A DNA stretch of 64,000 nt, from positions 128,072 to 192,071 of the forward strand of contig CAVPPE010000003.1 in NCBI GenBank assembly GCA_963707345.1, read 5' to 3'. Source of the DNA: an uncultured Chloroflexia bacterium. GTDB lineage: Bacteria > Chloroflexota > Anaerolineae > Promineifilales > UBA4811. The notes beneath the pieces were generated by a model. It searched no databases and was not told the origin of the DNA. It saw only the letters and a list, made by a program, of their open reading frames with translations. Position 1 is the stretch's first letter. The number at the start of each line of letters is the position of its first letter. Both the position numbers and the translations under genes were made by a program. This document shows, piece after piece, positions 26,284 through 36,258 of the stretch.

Positions 26284-27675
26284 AACTGACTTTTCACGGA
26301 GCCACGCGCTCGGTTACCGGGTCACAGCACCTATTGGAGGTCAACGGAACGCGCATTTTGCTGGACTGCGGGCTATTCCAGGGCAAGCGCCGGGAATCGC
26401 TGGAACGCAACCGGGAGTTTCCCTTTGATCCGCACAAGGTAGACGTGCTGGTCCTATCCCATGCGCACATTGACCACTCGGGGAATATTCCCAATCTGGT
26501 CAAGAGCGGTTTCCGAGGGGACATTTTGTGCACCTTTGCCACCCGGGACCTGTGTGCCACCATGCTGCGCGACAGCGCGCACATCCAGCAATATGACATC
26601 GAGTACGTCAACAAAAGACGGGCGCGTAAGGGCGAGCCACTGGTGGAGCCCATTTACACAATGACCGACGCAGTGCACTCGCTCGAATTCTTTTTGGCCA
26701 TCGGGTACGAACGGCCGTACCGGATTACGCCGGACATCACCCTTACGTTTTACGATGCCGGGCACATCCTTGGCTCTGCCATTGTGGCGCTGGACGTGCG
26801 GGAAAACGGTACGAACCGCCGGCTGGTGTTCAGCGGCGACCTGGGCCGGCCGGATGCCCCCATTTTGCGGGACCCGGTGCAATTGGACGGGGCCGACATT
26901 CTGTTGATCGAGTTCGACCTACGGCACCCGGTTGCACGAGCCAATCCCGGCCGCGGAGCGCGAGTTGCAGCGGGTCATCAACGAGACCTACCGGCGCAAC
27001 GGCAAGGTGATCGTGCCGGCGTTTGCCGTCGGCCGGACGCAGGAGCTGGTTTACCACATCCACAAGCTCAAACAAAAGCACGACATCCCACCCGATTTGC
27101 CGGTGTTTGTGGATAGCCCGCTGGCGATTGACGTTACCAGCATTTTCCGCCTCCATCCCGAGTGCTACGATGAGGAGGTCGGTCAATTCTTGATCGAGAC
27201 CGGTGACCCGTTTGGCTTTGAGCAGTTGGAGTACACGCGCTCGGTGGCAGCCAGCAAAGCGCTCAACTTTTTGCGGCAGCCGGCCGTCATCATCAGCGCG
27301 TCCGGCATGTGCGAAGCCGGCCGGATTCAGCATCACCTGGCCAACAACGTGGAAGACCCGCGCAACACGGTGCTTATCGTCGGCTGGCAAGCGCCGGACA
27401 CGCTCGGCCGGCGGATTGTCGAGCGGCAGCCGGTGGTGAAAATCTTTGGCGAGGAGTACCAACTCCGGGCTGGGGTTGAGGTAATCAATGGCTTTAGCGC
27501 CCACGCCGACCGGGATGAAATGCTAACCTGGCTCAACGCCATGCAGCGCAAGCCGGAGCATACCTTTGTGGTCCACGGTGAAGCCGAGGTCTCGGAGGCC
27601 TTTGCCGGCACGCTGCTGCAGCGTGGGCTAAAACACACGTATGTTCCTCAACTCCACGAGTCTTTTACAGTTTAG
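26280..27675 (+). pseudogene. Metallo-beta-lactamase/beta-CASP family RNA-metabolising hydrolase (frame-disrupted near 26913)
   Basis: The ATG overlaps the rnd stop (ATGA). An HAHIDHSG motif is present. Frame 0 reads ...[20 protein letters not shown], while frame 1 continues [17 protein letters not shown]...FSAHADRDE. Deleting one T at 26913/26914 gives the family-typical [14 protein letters not shown]. Confidence 0.8.
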
Positions 27676-27683
27676 AGAGCGCG

Positions 27684-27692
27684 TGTTATAAT
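27684..27692 (+). promoter_or_regulatory. Extended -10 promoter (TGtTATAAT) for tRNA-Ser
   Basis: tgttataat at 27684-27692 ends 12 nt before tRNA position 1 (27704). Confidence 0.55.
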
Positions 27693-27703
27693 TTCGCCGG
27701 TTC

Positions 27704-27790
27704 GGAGGGGTGCCAGAGCGGCCGAATGGGGCGGTCTCGAAAACCGTTGTGGCTTTTTAGCCACCGTGGGTTCGAATCCCACCCCCTCCG
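27704..27790 (+). tRNA. tRNA-Ser (anticodon CGA)
   Basis: The acceptor GGAGGGG pairs with CCCCTCC (27783-27789), with discriminator G at 27790. The anticodon arm is gcggt-CTCGAAA-accgt, giving anticodon CGA. A long variable arm (gtggc-ttttta-gccac) marks a class II tRNA. The T arm is gtggg-ttcgaat-cccac. CCA is not encoded. Confidence 0.9.
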
Positions 27791-27825
27791 CCTCGGTGGC
27801 AGTGCGTGACGGGTAATAGGTTGTC

Positions 27826-30051
27826 CTATTGCCCGTTTGCTTTTTGGCCCGTTTCTCTTTTCCCCAGACGCCAGTCCAAAGCCGTGTGCCGTTGTGCCAC
27901 CTTGTCGTTGCGCACCGCCAGGGCGATCGCTTTTTTGGTCCCCACCAGCACGACCAGCTTTTGGGCGCGGGTCACGGCCGTGTACAGCAGGTTGCGCTGC
28001 AACATCAGGTAGTGTTGCATGGTGACCGGCACCACCACGGCCGGGTACTCACTACCCTGCGCTTTGTGCACGCTGATGGCAAACGCGTGGACCACCTCGT
28101 CCAGTTCCATCCAATCGTACACTAGCTTGCGGCCGTCAAAGTCAATCACCGCAGTCTGCTCCACCACCTCCAGCGCCACCAGCCGGCCGATGTCCCCGTT
28201 GAACACCTCTTTGTCATAATTGTTGCGGGTTTGCATCAGCCGGTCGCCCACGCGCAACGTCCGGCCGCCTATCCGTCGCTCCGGCCGGCCGGCTGACGGT
28301 GGGTTCAGCGCAAGCTGCAACTGCTCGTTCAGGTTCGCCACTCCGGTGCTGCCGCGGTACATGGGCGAAAGCACCTGTACCTCGTTCAGCGGGTCCAGCC
28401 CGAACTTGGCCGGGACCCGATTTTGCACAATGTCCACCAGCAGTTCGGCTGCCCGGTCCGGTTCCGGCTCCACAAACAGGAAAAAGTCACCGGCCGATTT
28501 GGGCGTCAGCGGCAACTGCCCCTGATTGATCCGGTGCGCGTTGGTGATGATCAGGCTGTCCTTGGCCTGCCGAAAAATGACGTCCAGCCGGTTCACGGAG
28601 GTGATTCCCGAGTCAATGATGTCCCGCAAGACATCGCCCGCGCCCACCGAGGGTAGCTGATCCACATCCCCCACCAGCAACAGATGGCTGCTCGGGTCAA
28701 TGGCTTTGAGCAGGTGGTTGGTCAGCACCAGATCGAGCATGGAGGCCTCGTCTATCACCACCATGTCCACATCCAACGGGTTGTCCTGGTTACGCTGGAA
28801 ACCCCCGGCCGGGGAGTATTCCAGCAGCCGGTGGATGGTCTTGGCCGGTTGCCTGGTCGCCTCGCTCAGCCGCTTGGCGGCTCGGCCGGTGGGCGAGGCC
28901 AACGCAAAGCTGTGCCCGTAACTCTGCAATGCCTGGATGAGCGTTCGCAGCGCGGTCGTCTTGCCGGTCCCCGGCCCGCCGGTCAGGACCGTCACTTTGT
29001 GGGTCAGGGCGGCCGCCACCGCCTGCTGTTGTTGGGCGGAGAGCTGTAGGTCAAGATTGGGGATGGTAGGCAACAACTCATTGGCGCGAAAGCTGGCCAG
29101 CCGCGTGCCGGCCGTTTCCACCATCTGGCGCAGCCGGTTGGTCACCCCGACCTCGGAAAAGAAAAACGGAGTCAAGTAGACGGCCGGTCCCGCATCGGCG
29201 GCTTGCTCGTCCAACGCCTCGCACTTGACCTGTTCGGCCGCCTCCAGCCGTTCCACCGCGTACACCACTTGCTCTTCCTTGACCGCCAGCAGGTTGGCCG
29301 CCTCGGCCGCCAGTTCCGATTGGGGCAGGTAGACGTGTCCCTCATCAGCCTGTTGGTTAAGGGTGTAGACCACGCCAGCCTCAATGCGCGTCGGCGCATC
29401 GGCCGGCAGGCCCAGGTCCTGCGCAATCTTGTCGGCCGTCCGGAAGCCAATTCCCCAGATGTCCCGCGCCAGCCGGTAGGGATCCATCTGCACCACGTCC
29501 ACGGCCGCGTCGCCGTACTGCTTGTAGATTTTTACCGCCAGCCGCGTGCTCACGCCATGGGACTGCAAAAAGATCATCACCTCTTTGATCGCTTTTTGCT
29601 CCTCCCAGGCGGTTGCGATCTGCTCGACCCGTTTGGGTCCGATCCCCAGCACCTGGCGCAGCCGGCCGGGGTCGTTGTCAATCACCTCCAGCGTGTTGGG
29701 GCCAAACTCACGCACGATCCGCTCCGCCATCACCGGGCCTACGCCACGGATCAGGCCGGACCCGAGGTAGCGCCGGATGCCCTCAACGGTGGCAGGGAGC
29801 ACCTGCTCGCAGCGCTCGGCGCGGAACTGCCGGCCGTGTTGTGGGTGGCTGGTCCACTGGCCGATCAGCCTGAGTGATTCGCCGGGGTTGACCTCTGGTA
29901 ATTCCCCCACCACGGTCACCAGCCCATCCCGGCTGACCGCCCCCTGCGGGATGTACTGGCGTCCGGCCGGTAGCAGTCGGATGACGCTAAAGCCGGTCTC
30001 GCCGGCGTAATAGGTCACGCGCTCGACAGAGCCTTCCAGTTGGTCGCTCAT
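27826..30051 (-). CDS. recD2: RecD2-type SF1B ATP-dependent DNA helicase (RecD/TraA family)
   Basis: 741 aa with N-terminal OB/HhH-like modules, a Walker A (GGPGTGKTT), VIDEASMLD, VGDVDQLPSVG and a C-terminal SVHKAQGSEY...LLYTAVTRA. Confidence 0.85.
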   Translation of the reverse strand: MSDQLEGSVERVTYYAGETGFSVIRLLPAGRQYIPQGAVSRDGLVTVVGELPEVNPGESLRLIGQWTSHPQHGRQFRAERCEQVLPATVEGIRRYLGSGLIRGVGPVMAERIVREFGPNTLEVIDNDPGRLRQVLGIGPKRVEQIATAWEEQKAIKEVMIFLQSHGVSTRLAVKIYKQYGDAAVDVVQMDPYRLARDIWGIGFRTADKIAQDLGLPADAPTRIEAGVVYTLNQQADEGHVYLPQSELAAEAANLLAVKEEQVVYAVERLEAAEQVKCEALDEQAADAGPAVYLTPFFFSEVGVTNRLRQMVETAGTRLASFRANELLPTIPNLDLQLSAQQQQAVAAALTHKVTVLTGGPGTGKTTALRTLIQALQSYGHSFALASPTGRAAKRLSEATRQPAKTIHRLLEYSPAGGFQRNQDNPLDVDMVVIDEASMLDLVLTNHLLKAIDPSSHLLLVGDVDQLPSVGAGDVLRDIIDSGITSVNRLDVIFRQAKDSLIITNAHRINQGQLPLTPKSAGDFFLFVEPEPDRAAELLVDIVQNRVPAKFGLDPLNEVQVLSPMYRGSTGVANLNEQLQLALNPPSAGRPERRIGGRTLRVGDRLMQTRNNYDKEVFNGDIGRLVALEVVEQTAVIDFDGRKLVYDWMELDEVVHAFAISVHKAQGSEYPAVVVPVTMQHYLMLQRNLLYTAVTRAQKLVVLVGTKKAIALAVRNDKVAQRHTALDWRLGKRETGQKANGQ

Positions 30052-30060
30052 CTTTGTCAG

Positions 30061-31617
30061 TTAGCGGCGGGCCAACAGCCTTCGCGCCAGCCGCAGTTCG
30101 TCCGTGCGCAGCAGGCCAGTGACCGCGAGATAAACGGCCGCGCCCAAACCAATCCCCAGACCTCCCACCCATAACGCCGGGCCGGCCGGCCACAATTGCA
30201 GCCAGAGCCACAATGCCAGTCCCATCCCGGCCGTGCCCAACCCGGATTTGACCAGCCCATCCAGCAGCCAGCGCCCCTCCACGCCGCCCAGCCGGCCGCG
30301 CAGCAGCCAGAGCAGCCAGCAAGCTTCAAGCGCCGTGGCCAAGGAATTGGCCAGTGCCAGACCACCGTGGGGCATCCATCCAAGCGCGTCAAATAGCCGG
30401 CTGAGCCCGATGCTGAGGGCAACGTTGAGTGCCATGGCGGCGCTGCCCACGGCGACCGGTGTTTTGGTGTCGTGCAGGGCGTAAAATGCGCGGACCACGA
30501 TCTCCAGCCCGGCGTGTCCGGCCAGCCCGGCCGCGTAAAAGACCAGCGCCCAGGTGACGTTGCTGGTCGACTCGGCGGAAAACTCGCCGCGCTCGAACAG
30601 CAGTTGGACGATTGGCCGGCCAAGTACCATTAGCCCGGCCGACGCCGGTAGCGCCAGGTAGAGCACCCCACGCAGCGTGGTGGTCAGCGTTCGCCGCACC
30701 TGGCCCAGCTCGCCCTTGGCGACCAACTCGGCAAAGGTGGGAAAAGCAGCAATGCCCACCGCCTGCGCCACTACCCCCAGCGGCAGCAGCATCACCCGCA
30801 TGGCATAGTCCAGGGCGCTCACCGCCCCCTCGCCAAAGGCGGAGGCCAGGTTGGTGTTGACCCAAAAGTTGACTCGCGTCACAGCCAGCCCCAGCACGCG
30901 TGGCCCCATCAGACGGGCAAGCTGGCGGACGGCCGGGTTGTCCAACCCCAGCGAGAAGGTAAAGTGGGCTCCCCGGCCGCGTAGCCCTGGCAGTTGGATC
31001 AGTAGGTGTAGCGCTGCGCCCGCCACCACGCCAACCGCTACTCCATGGATGCCCCATCGCGGCGAGAGGAGTACCGCGCCGACAATGATACCCAGATTGT
31101 AAAGGATGGGCGCCACGGCCGGCAGCAGAAAGTGCTGGTGCGCGTTGAGAACCCCCATCAGCAGGCCGCTGATGCTAAAGATCACCGTGGCTGCCAACAT
31201 CACCTGCAGGAGTTGGGCGGTCAACTGCTGCCCGGCGGCCGGCATATTGGGTGCCAGTAGCTCCGTCACGACGGGGAGGGCCAGGATTCCCGTGAGGAGT
31301 GATAGGGCCAGCACCACCACAAAAATCAAAGAGGCGATCTGACTCGTCAATCGCCATGCACCACGGTGATCGCCCTGAGTGAGAAAGCTGGTAAAGATGG
31401 GAATAAAGGCCGAAGCCAGCGCTCCGCCGGCAACCACCAGATACAGCGTTTCTGTGACCACATTGGCGGCTGCAAAGGCGTCCATGGCGGTGGTGGTGCC
31501 AAAGAGCCGCCCGAGAATCATCTGCCGGGCCAACCCCAGCAGCCGTGCGACCACAGTGGCGGCCATCACCACGCCGGCCGCGCGCACAATCTGCCTCTCA
31601 GAACTCTCGGCGATCAT
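30061..31617 (-). CDS. murJ: Lipid II flippase MurJ (MviN family)
   Basis: 518 aa and polytopic. The N-terminal pattern SRLLGLARQMILGRLFGTTTAMDAFAAAN is typical of MurJ. Confidence 0.85.
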   Translation of the reverse strand: MIAESSERQIVRAAGVVMAATVVARLLGLARQMILGRLFGTTTAMDAFAAANVVTETLYLVVAGGALASAFIPIFTSFLTQGDHRGAWRLTSQIASLIFVVVLALSLLTGILALPVVTELLAPNMPAAGQQLTAQLLQVMLAATVIFSISGLLMGVLNAHQHFLLPAVAPILYNLGIIVGAVLLSPRWGIHGVAVGVVAGAALHLLIQLPGLRGRGAHFTFSLGLDNPAVRQLARLMGPRVLGLAVTRVNFWVNTNLASAFGEGAVSALDYAMRVMLLPLGVVAQAVGIAAFPTFAELVAKGELGQVRRTLTTTLRGVLYLALPASAGLMVLGRPIVQLLFERGEFSAESTSNVTWALVFYAAGLAGHAGLEIVVRAFYALHDTKTPVAVGSAAMALNVALSIGLSRLFDALGWMPHGGLALANSLATALEACWLLWLLRGRLGGVEGRWLLDGLVKSGLGTAGMGLALWLWLQLWPAGPALWVGGLGIGLGAAVYLAVTGLLRTDELRLARRLLARR

Positions 31618-31831
31618 ATCGCGGGTATTGTATCGGGAATTGAGGGGCAGACAACTTGGCCCTGCGCGCTGAGAGCCGGGCGCCGACCCCGGCTCTCATC
31701 AAAAGGAGGAGAAGAAGAGATTTCACCCTTCGATAGTAATTTTACAGGTTTTTTACGTCAATACTGGACGGCAAGCACACGCCAGACCTACGCATGCCCA
31801 ACGCTCGTGCCGTTATTCACAATCAGGCGCA

Positions 31832-33049
31832 CTATGGCTGAGCCAGGTCCGGCCGGGGAGCCCAGATGGGGCCAAATTCCTGCCCGCTGCTTTCCGTCAG
31901 ATTGATCTGGTTGGAGCCATCAGCTTGCATCAAAAAGAGGTTCTCTACCCCGTCCCGGTCACTGACAAATGCAATGCGGGTGCCATCCGGCGACCAGGCC
32001 GGCAAACTATCGCTGCCTGAGTGGTTGGTCAGGTTGATCGCTTCACCGTCGCATCCCTCGGCCGTGTCCAGGCAGGCCAGGTCCAGCAGGTAGATCTCCT
32101 CGTTGCCATCGCGTTTGGAGACCAAGAGCAGTAAGCGCCCGTCGGGTGAAAAGACAGGGATGCCGTCGGCCACCTCGTTTTGTGTGATCCGGCGCAGGTC
32201 ACTGCCGTCAGCACGCATCAGGTAGATTTCGGCGTTGCCGTCGCGGTCGGAGACAAAGGCAATCCACGCGCTGTCCGGTGACCATTCGGCGTCCCACTCG
32301 GCCGCATCAAGCGTTTTGGTGAGTTGGCGGACGTTCCATCCGTCGTGCGTCATGACAAACAGATCATCTTGTTGACCATCGCGGTCGGAGATGAACAGGA
32401 TTTCCGCACCATCCGGCCGCCAGACAGGTTGTGTTTCGCTGGAATCGGGTGTGTCGATGGTCAGGTTGGCTTTGACGTTGGTTGCGACCTCCACTCGCAT
32501 GACGTCGAATTGTCCGGCCGAAAATGTGTGGTAGGTTACCAGTTCGCCATCGGGCGACCAACGAGGAAAGATATCGGGGTTCATGGAGATGGTGAGGGCC
32601 GACGGCAGGACGGGACCGGTTGGGTCGACCGGCCGGAAAAAGATGTCCCAATTGTCCCGCTCGTCCGAGACATATGCGATCAGACTGCCGTCCGGGGACC
32701 ACACCGGCCGGAACTCGTGATAGAGGGGGCTCTTGGTGAGGTTGATTTCTTCTCCGGTGTCGGGGTCGATGACGAAAATATCTACCACGCCATCGGTGTC
32801 GCGCCAAAAGGCAATCCGGTCGCCCCGCGATTCGGGTGTCGGGCCGGCCGGGGTTGTCTCGGCCGGGGTGATGGGTGTGCCGGCTTGTGCAGTGGGCGTG
32901 GCGGCCGGCGTGCTGGCGGCACGGGTGTTGGCAATATTGGCTTCGGCGGTGGCGGCCTGCGCCGTAGGGTTGGCGGGCGTGACGGGCCCGCCGTTGCAGG
33001 CTACCAGCATCAGCATTAGGATTATCAGTGTTAAGCTGCGTTTCAGCAT
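31832..33049 (-). CDS. Lipoprotein with TolB-like WD40/PD40 beta-propeller repeats
   Basis: It has a lipobox (LMLVAC), a Thr/Ala/Pro linker, then repeated PD40-type units (PVWSPDGSLIAYVSDRD, PRWSPDGELV, PVWRPDGAEILFISDRDG, AEWSPDSAWIAFVSDRDG, PVFSPDGRLLLLVSKRDG, PAWSPDGTRIAFVSDRDG). Confidence 0.75.
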   Translation of the reverse strand: MLKRSLTLIILMLMLVACNGGPVTPANPTAQAATAEANIANTRAASTPAATPTAQAGTPITPAETTPAGPTPESRGDRIAFWRDTDGVVDIFVIDPDTGEEINLTKSPLYHEFRPVWSPDGSLIAYVSDERDNWDIFFRPVDPTGPVLPSALTISMNPDIFPRWSPDGELVTYHTFSAGQFDVMRVEVATNVKANLTIDTPDSSETQPVWRPDGAEILFISDRDGQQDDLFVMTHDGWNVRQLTKTLDAAEWDAEWSPDSAWIAFVSDRDGNAEIYLMRADGSDLRRITQNEVADGIPVFSPDGRLLLLVSKRDGNEEIYLLDLACLDTAEGCDGEAINLTNHSGSDSLPAWSPDGTRIAFVSDRDGVENLFLMQADGSNQINLTESSGQEFGPIWAPRPDLAQP

Positions 33050-33067
33050 CGTGACCTCCTTGTCTGG

Positions 33068-34975
33068 TCAGGGCATTGTGATGGTGATTACAGGGAGCTG
33101 GAGCAGGTCTCCGGCCGGCTCCCCGCTGCTGGTCAATGGCAGGCGGTTGCTGGGGTCCTCCAGCGGGTACATGCCGGCGACGAGTTGGTACACACCGGCC
33201 GGCGTATCGGCCGGGACCGACACGCCATGGTTGTCCATTTGAAGCTGGCCCGGCCGCCAGGTGGTGGTGAGCGCCAGTCCGCCGCCGGGTTCGCTGTCCC
33301 GCTGGGAAACCACCCGGCCGTCGTGATCCAGCAAATGGAGAAAAACCTTGTAGCGTTGTTCCACGGGCTCCAGAGCTTCCCAAAAGAGGGTGATCTGGAT
33401 GATGTCGCCTGGAGCCAACTGGTTTGCCAGCAACGTGTAGCCATGCAGGGCAATGCGATCCCCAAAGTGAACCTCCAGCGGGGTGGCGATCTCGGTGGCC
33501 GGCGCGGCCGGCACGGCATAGGTCACCAGACGCACTTCGCCCCACCATGCGTCGGCCGCTTTGTAAGCGTGGGCGTCCAGCCAGCGTTCCACCAGTCGCT
33601 GTGGGTCGCTTTCTACTTCGCCCCAAAAGATGGCAAAGATTCGGTCGTGCGCGGCCGTGATCTGCTCCAACTCGGCAATTACCTGGGCTTCGTTCACCGG
33701 CCGGCTGCGCGGCAGCGGGTACACCCGTTCCACGTGTGGATAGTAGTAGGTAAAGACCTCCCACTGGTTAGCAGCATTGAGGACCACGGCGTCGCCCGGC
33801 CGGCCGGCCGACTGGATGTGGGCGGCCATCCCGCGATAGTCCGGCCGGGCGTACTGCGGATCGGAGTACAGATTGTGCAACGAATCATAGCTGAACGAGA
33901 CTACCAGCCCCAGGCTGAGCGCTACTGGTAGCAATAAAGGGGCCCTGGCGCGCGAGCCGGCGAGGAAGCGGGCAGTGCCCCGGCCGAGCAGCAGGCAAAA
34001 CGGCGGGCTGGTCACCAGCATGAATTTGAGAAAGGCAGGCTTGAACAGGTCGAGCGCAAACACCAGTGCCACCGGCACAGACAGCCACAGGGCCACCCAT
34101 GCCAGGTTCTTGTTATGCGGTTCCTGGTCTTTGATCGCCGGTGCCAGGCCCAGCAGCAGGAGCAGGCCGAATCCCAGCAGCGCCAGGTTCGCCCCGGCCG
34201 GGTCAATCGTCTGGCCTAGGCCGAGCAAGCGGAAGGTATCCAACAGTGCGGGCACCAACGCAACTTCCCCACCGGCCGAGGGCCAACCCGTGATGTGACG
34301 GAATGCAACTGGTGCCCACGGCAGGTACAGGACACCGGCCGCCGCGTGTAGCAATACCCAATGCCACCAGGGTCTGGCTTTCCGCCGCGGGGCCAGCCAG
34401 AGCAGCGCAGCCAGGTTGATGGGGACCAGCACGATGAGGAACAGGTAGTGGGTGTACAGCCCGACCGCCAGTACCAAAACGTAGCCCAGCGACCAGCGCC
34501 AGGAAAGCTGGGGGGATTGCCACAGACGAATGGCGCAATAGACGGCCGCCGTCGCCAAAACGGCAACCCAGATGTATGAACGGGCCTCCTGGCTGTAATA
34601 GACCTGAAACGGGTTGACCGCCGCCGATAATGCGGCCGCCAGCCCGGCCGCCCGGCCGAACAGCCGGTCGCCCAAAGCAAAGGTCAACGCCACCAGCCCT
34701 ACGCCGCCCACGGCCGAGAACGCCCGCAGAGCAAACTCGCTCTGGCCCGCTAGCGCCCGCCAATAGTGGAGCGCCAGATAATAAAGCGGCGGGTGGATGT
34801 CCCCGGCCGCGCCCTCCAGGATTAACCGGACGCTCCGTTCGGCAATGCGGGCGCTGTTGCCCTCGTCGTTCCAAAAGGATTGCGCGTCGAGCCGGAAAAA
34901 GCGCAGCCCGGCCGCCAGGGCCAGAATCAGCAAGACCGCCAAAACGACAAGGCGCCGATTCGGTGTTTCGGCCAT
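33068..34975 (-). CDS. GT-C fold glycosyltransferase (family 39/83, ArnT/PMT-like) with C-terminal extracytoplasmic domain
   Basis: 635 aa. The N-terminal FWNDEGNSARIA...IHPPLYYLALHYW motif, followed by about 10 TM helices, is typical of ArnT/PMT-type enzymes. Confidence 0.75.
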   Translation of the reverse strand: MAETPNRRLVVLAVLLILALAAGLRFFRLDAQSFWNDEGNSARIAERSVRLILEGAAGDIHPPLYYLALHYWRALAGQSEFALRAFSAVGGVGLVALTFALGDRLFGRAAGLAAALSAAVNPFQVYYSQEARSYIWVAVLATAAVYCAIRLWQSPQLSWRWSLGYVLVLAVGLYTHYLFLIVLVPINLAALLWLAPRRKARPWWHWVLLHAAAGVLYLPWAPVAFRHITGWPSAGGEVALVPALLDTFRLLGLGQTIDPAGANLALLGFGLLLLLGLAPAIKDQEPHNKNLAWVALWLSVPVALVFALDLFKPAFLKFMLVTSPPFCLLLGRGTARFLAGSRARAPLLLPVALSLGLVVSFSYDSLHNLYSDPQYARPDYRGMAAHIQSAGRPGDAVVLNAANQWEVFTYYYPHVERVYPLPRSRPVNEAQVIAELEQITAAHDRIFAIFWGEVESDPQRLVERWLDAHAYKAADAWWGEVRLVTYAVPAAPATEIATPLEVHFGDRIALHGYTLLANQLAPGDIIQITLFWEALEPVEQRYKVFLHLLDHDGRVVSQRDSEPGGGLALTTTWRPGQLQMDNHGVSVPADTPAGVYQLVAGMYPLEDPSNRLPLTSSGEPAGDLLQLPVITITMP

Positions 34976-34978
34976 GGA

Positions 34979-36217
34979 CTATTGCCCCTGGATGTACGCC
35001 TGCATTGAAAAATAGACCGGCGTCAGCGCGAAATCTGGCTCGACCATCCGGAAATAGTACCATTCCTGGTCTTTTTCGGCGTCGCTGGCGCGCTTGAAAA
35101 ACCAAAAGTTGATCACACCTACCCAAGGCCACTCTTCCTGCGCCCGCTGGTAAGCCAGCGGCGCATAGCGGGCCGCCTGTTCTGGCGTCACCTGGCCATA
35201 GATGCCTTGTGTGAGCACCCCGTTGGGCACCGGGTTCCAATTCATCTCGCTGATCCAGATGGCCTTGTGCTCATCGCCGTTCTGCACCATCAGGTCGCGC
35301 ACCAGCACGTTGCGGGCATAGTTGATATGGGTCGGCCGCTGGCGGTGATCGGTTGGGCCTGACCAGAGGCCATACCCCTGCATGGAGAGGATATCAAAGC
35401 AGTCGGCCGCGCCCGCATCGTACATGCGCTGCAAAAAGACCAGGTCATTGAACCCCCGGCCGCTCAGTTCCAACGTGGGGGCCAGCGCCCCGCTCAGGAT
35501 CACCGCCTGCGGATTGGCCTCCTTGGCGCGGCGGTAGGCGTGGCAGAGTAGTTCGGTGTACGCCTCGGGATTTACAGGGTATTCGCCCCACTCAGGATAG
35601 ATGTTGGGTTCGTTCCAGATCTGAAAGTGGGTGACCCGGCCGGCGTAGCGCGCGACCGCCGTGGTGACAAAATCGCCGTAATCGGACAGGTCATCTGGCG
35701 GGGCAAAAGCCCCGGCCGCGTTCCCGGCCGCGCGGGACCAGGCCGGCGGGTTGCTCAACCGGGCGATGATCTCCAGCCCATAATGCTCGGCCAGGTCCAC
35801 GATCTGGTCGTACTTGGCCCAGGCGTCAATCCCGGCCGGGTCGTTACGCCGGTCAACAAAGTCCCCCTTGCCGTGGATCTCGATGTCCTCCCAGGTAAAC
35901 TCTTGCCGGATCCAGTGAAAGCCGGCCTCAGCGATGAGTTGTACCTGCCGTTCCCGCTTGGCGGACTCTACCTCTTCCTGCAGAAAGGTGTTGATGCCAA
36001 AGGGGTTGATGTCGGTGTGGGCAATGGACACATCCGGCCGCGTGTTCGGCTGGGGTCGCAGGCGCCCCATCGCCAGTTGCAGCAGTGCCCGCGCCTGCCC
36101 GGCCGGTGCTTCCTCGCCGGTCAGATTAAAGAGCGCATCCCCGCGCAGCAGCCAGCCCGCGCCAGTTGCCAGCGCCAGCAGCGCGCAGAGCAATCCAATT
36201 GCTACAAGCCATTTCAT
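34979..36217 (-). CDS. Secreted clan GH-A (TIM-barrel) glycoside-hydrolase-like protein
   Basis: It has a signal/anchor (MKWLVAIGLLCALLALATGAG) and the motif FQIWNEPN, an NEP acid/base signature of clan GH-A. It lies 3 nt downstream of the GT39 gene. Family assignment is uncertain. Confidence 0.55.
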   Translation of the reverse strand: MKWLVAIGLLCALLALATGAGWLLRGDALFNLTGEEAPAGQARALLQLAMGRLRPQPNTRPDVSIAHTDINPFGINTFLQEEVESAKRERQVQLIAEAGFHWIRQEFTWEDIEIHGKGDFVDRRNDPAGIDAWAKYDQIVDLAEHYGLEIIARLSNPPAWSRAAGNAAGAFAPPDDLSDYGDFVTTAVARYAGRVTHFQIWNEPNIYPEWGEYPVNPEAYTELLCHAYRRAKEANPQAVILSGALAPTLELSGRGFNDLVFLQRMYDAGAADCFDILSMQGYGLWSGPTDHRQRPTHINYARNVLVRDLMVQNGDEHKAIWISEMNWNPVPNGVLTQGIYGQVTPEQAARYAPLAYQRAQEEWPWVGVINFWFFKRASDAEKDQEWYYFRMVEPDFALTPVYFSMQAYIQGQ

Positions 36218-36258
36218 GGGGATAATTGTATCACACCCGGCCGGGTGTCAGGTAGGGA

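Noticed and set aside
27676-27825. The tRNA-Ser locus as an integration hotspot or genomic island border
   Set aside because: No integrase is present, there is no direct repeat of the tRNA 3' end, and there is no compositional break. The flanking genes (beta-CASP hydrolase, recD2) look like core genes.
31671-31697. The hairpin gagagccggg-cgccgac-cccggctctc as a terminator between the TolB-like gene and murJ
   Set aside because: The 10-bp stem is real, but no U-tract follows it in the minus-strand (transcribed) direction. The T-run lies on the wrong side. I left it unannotated as a terminator.
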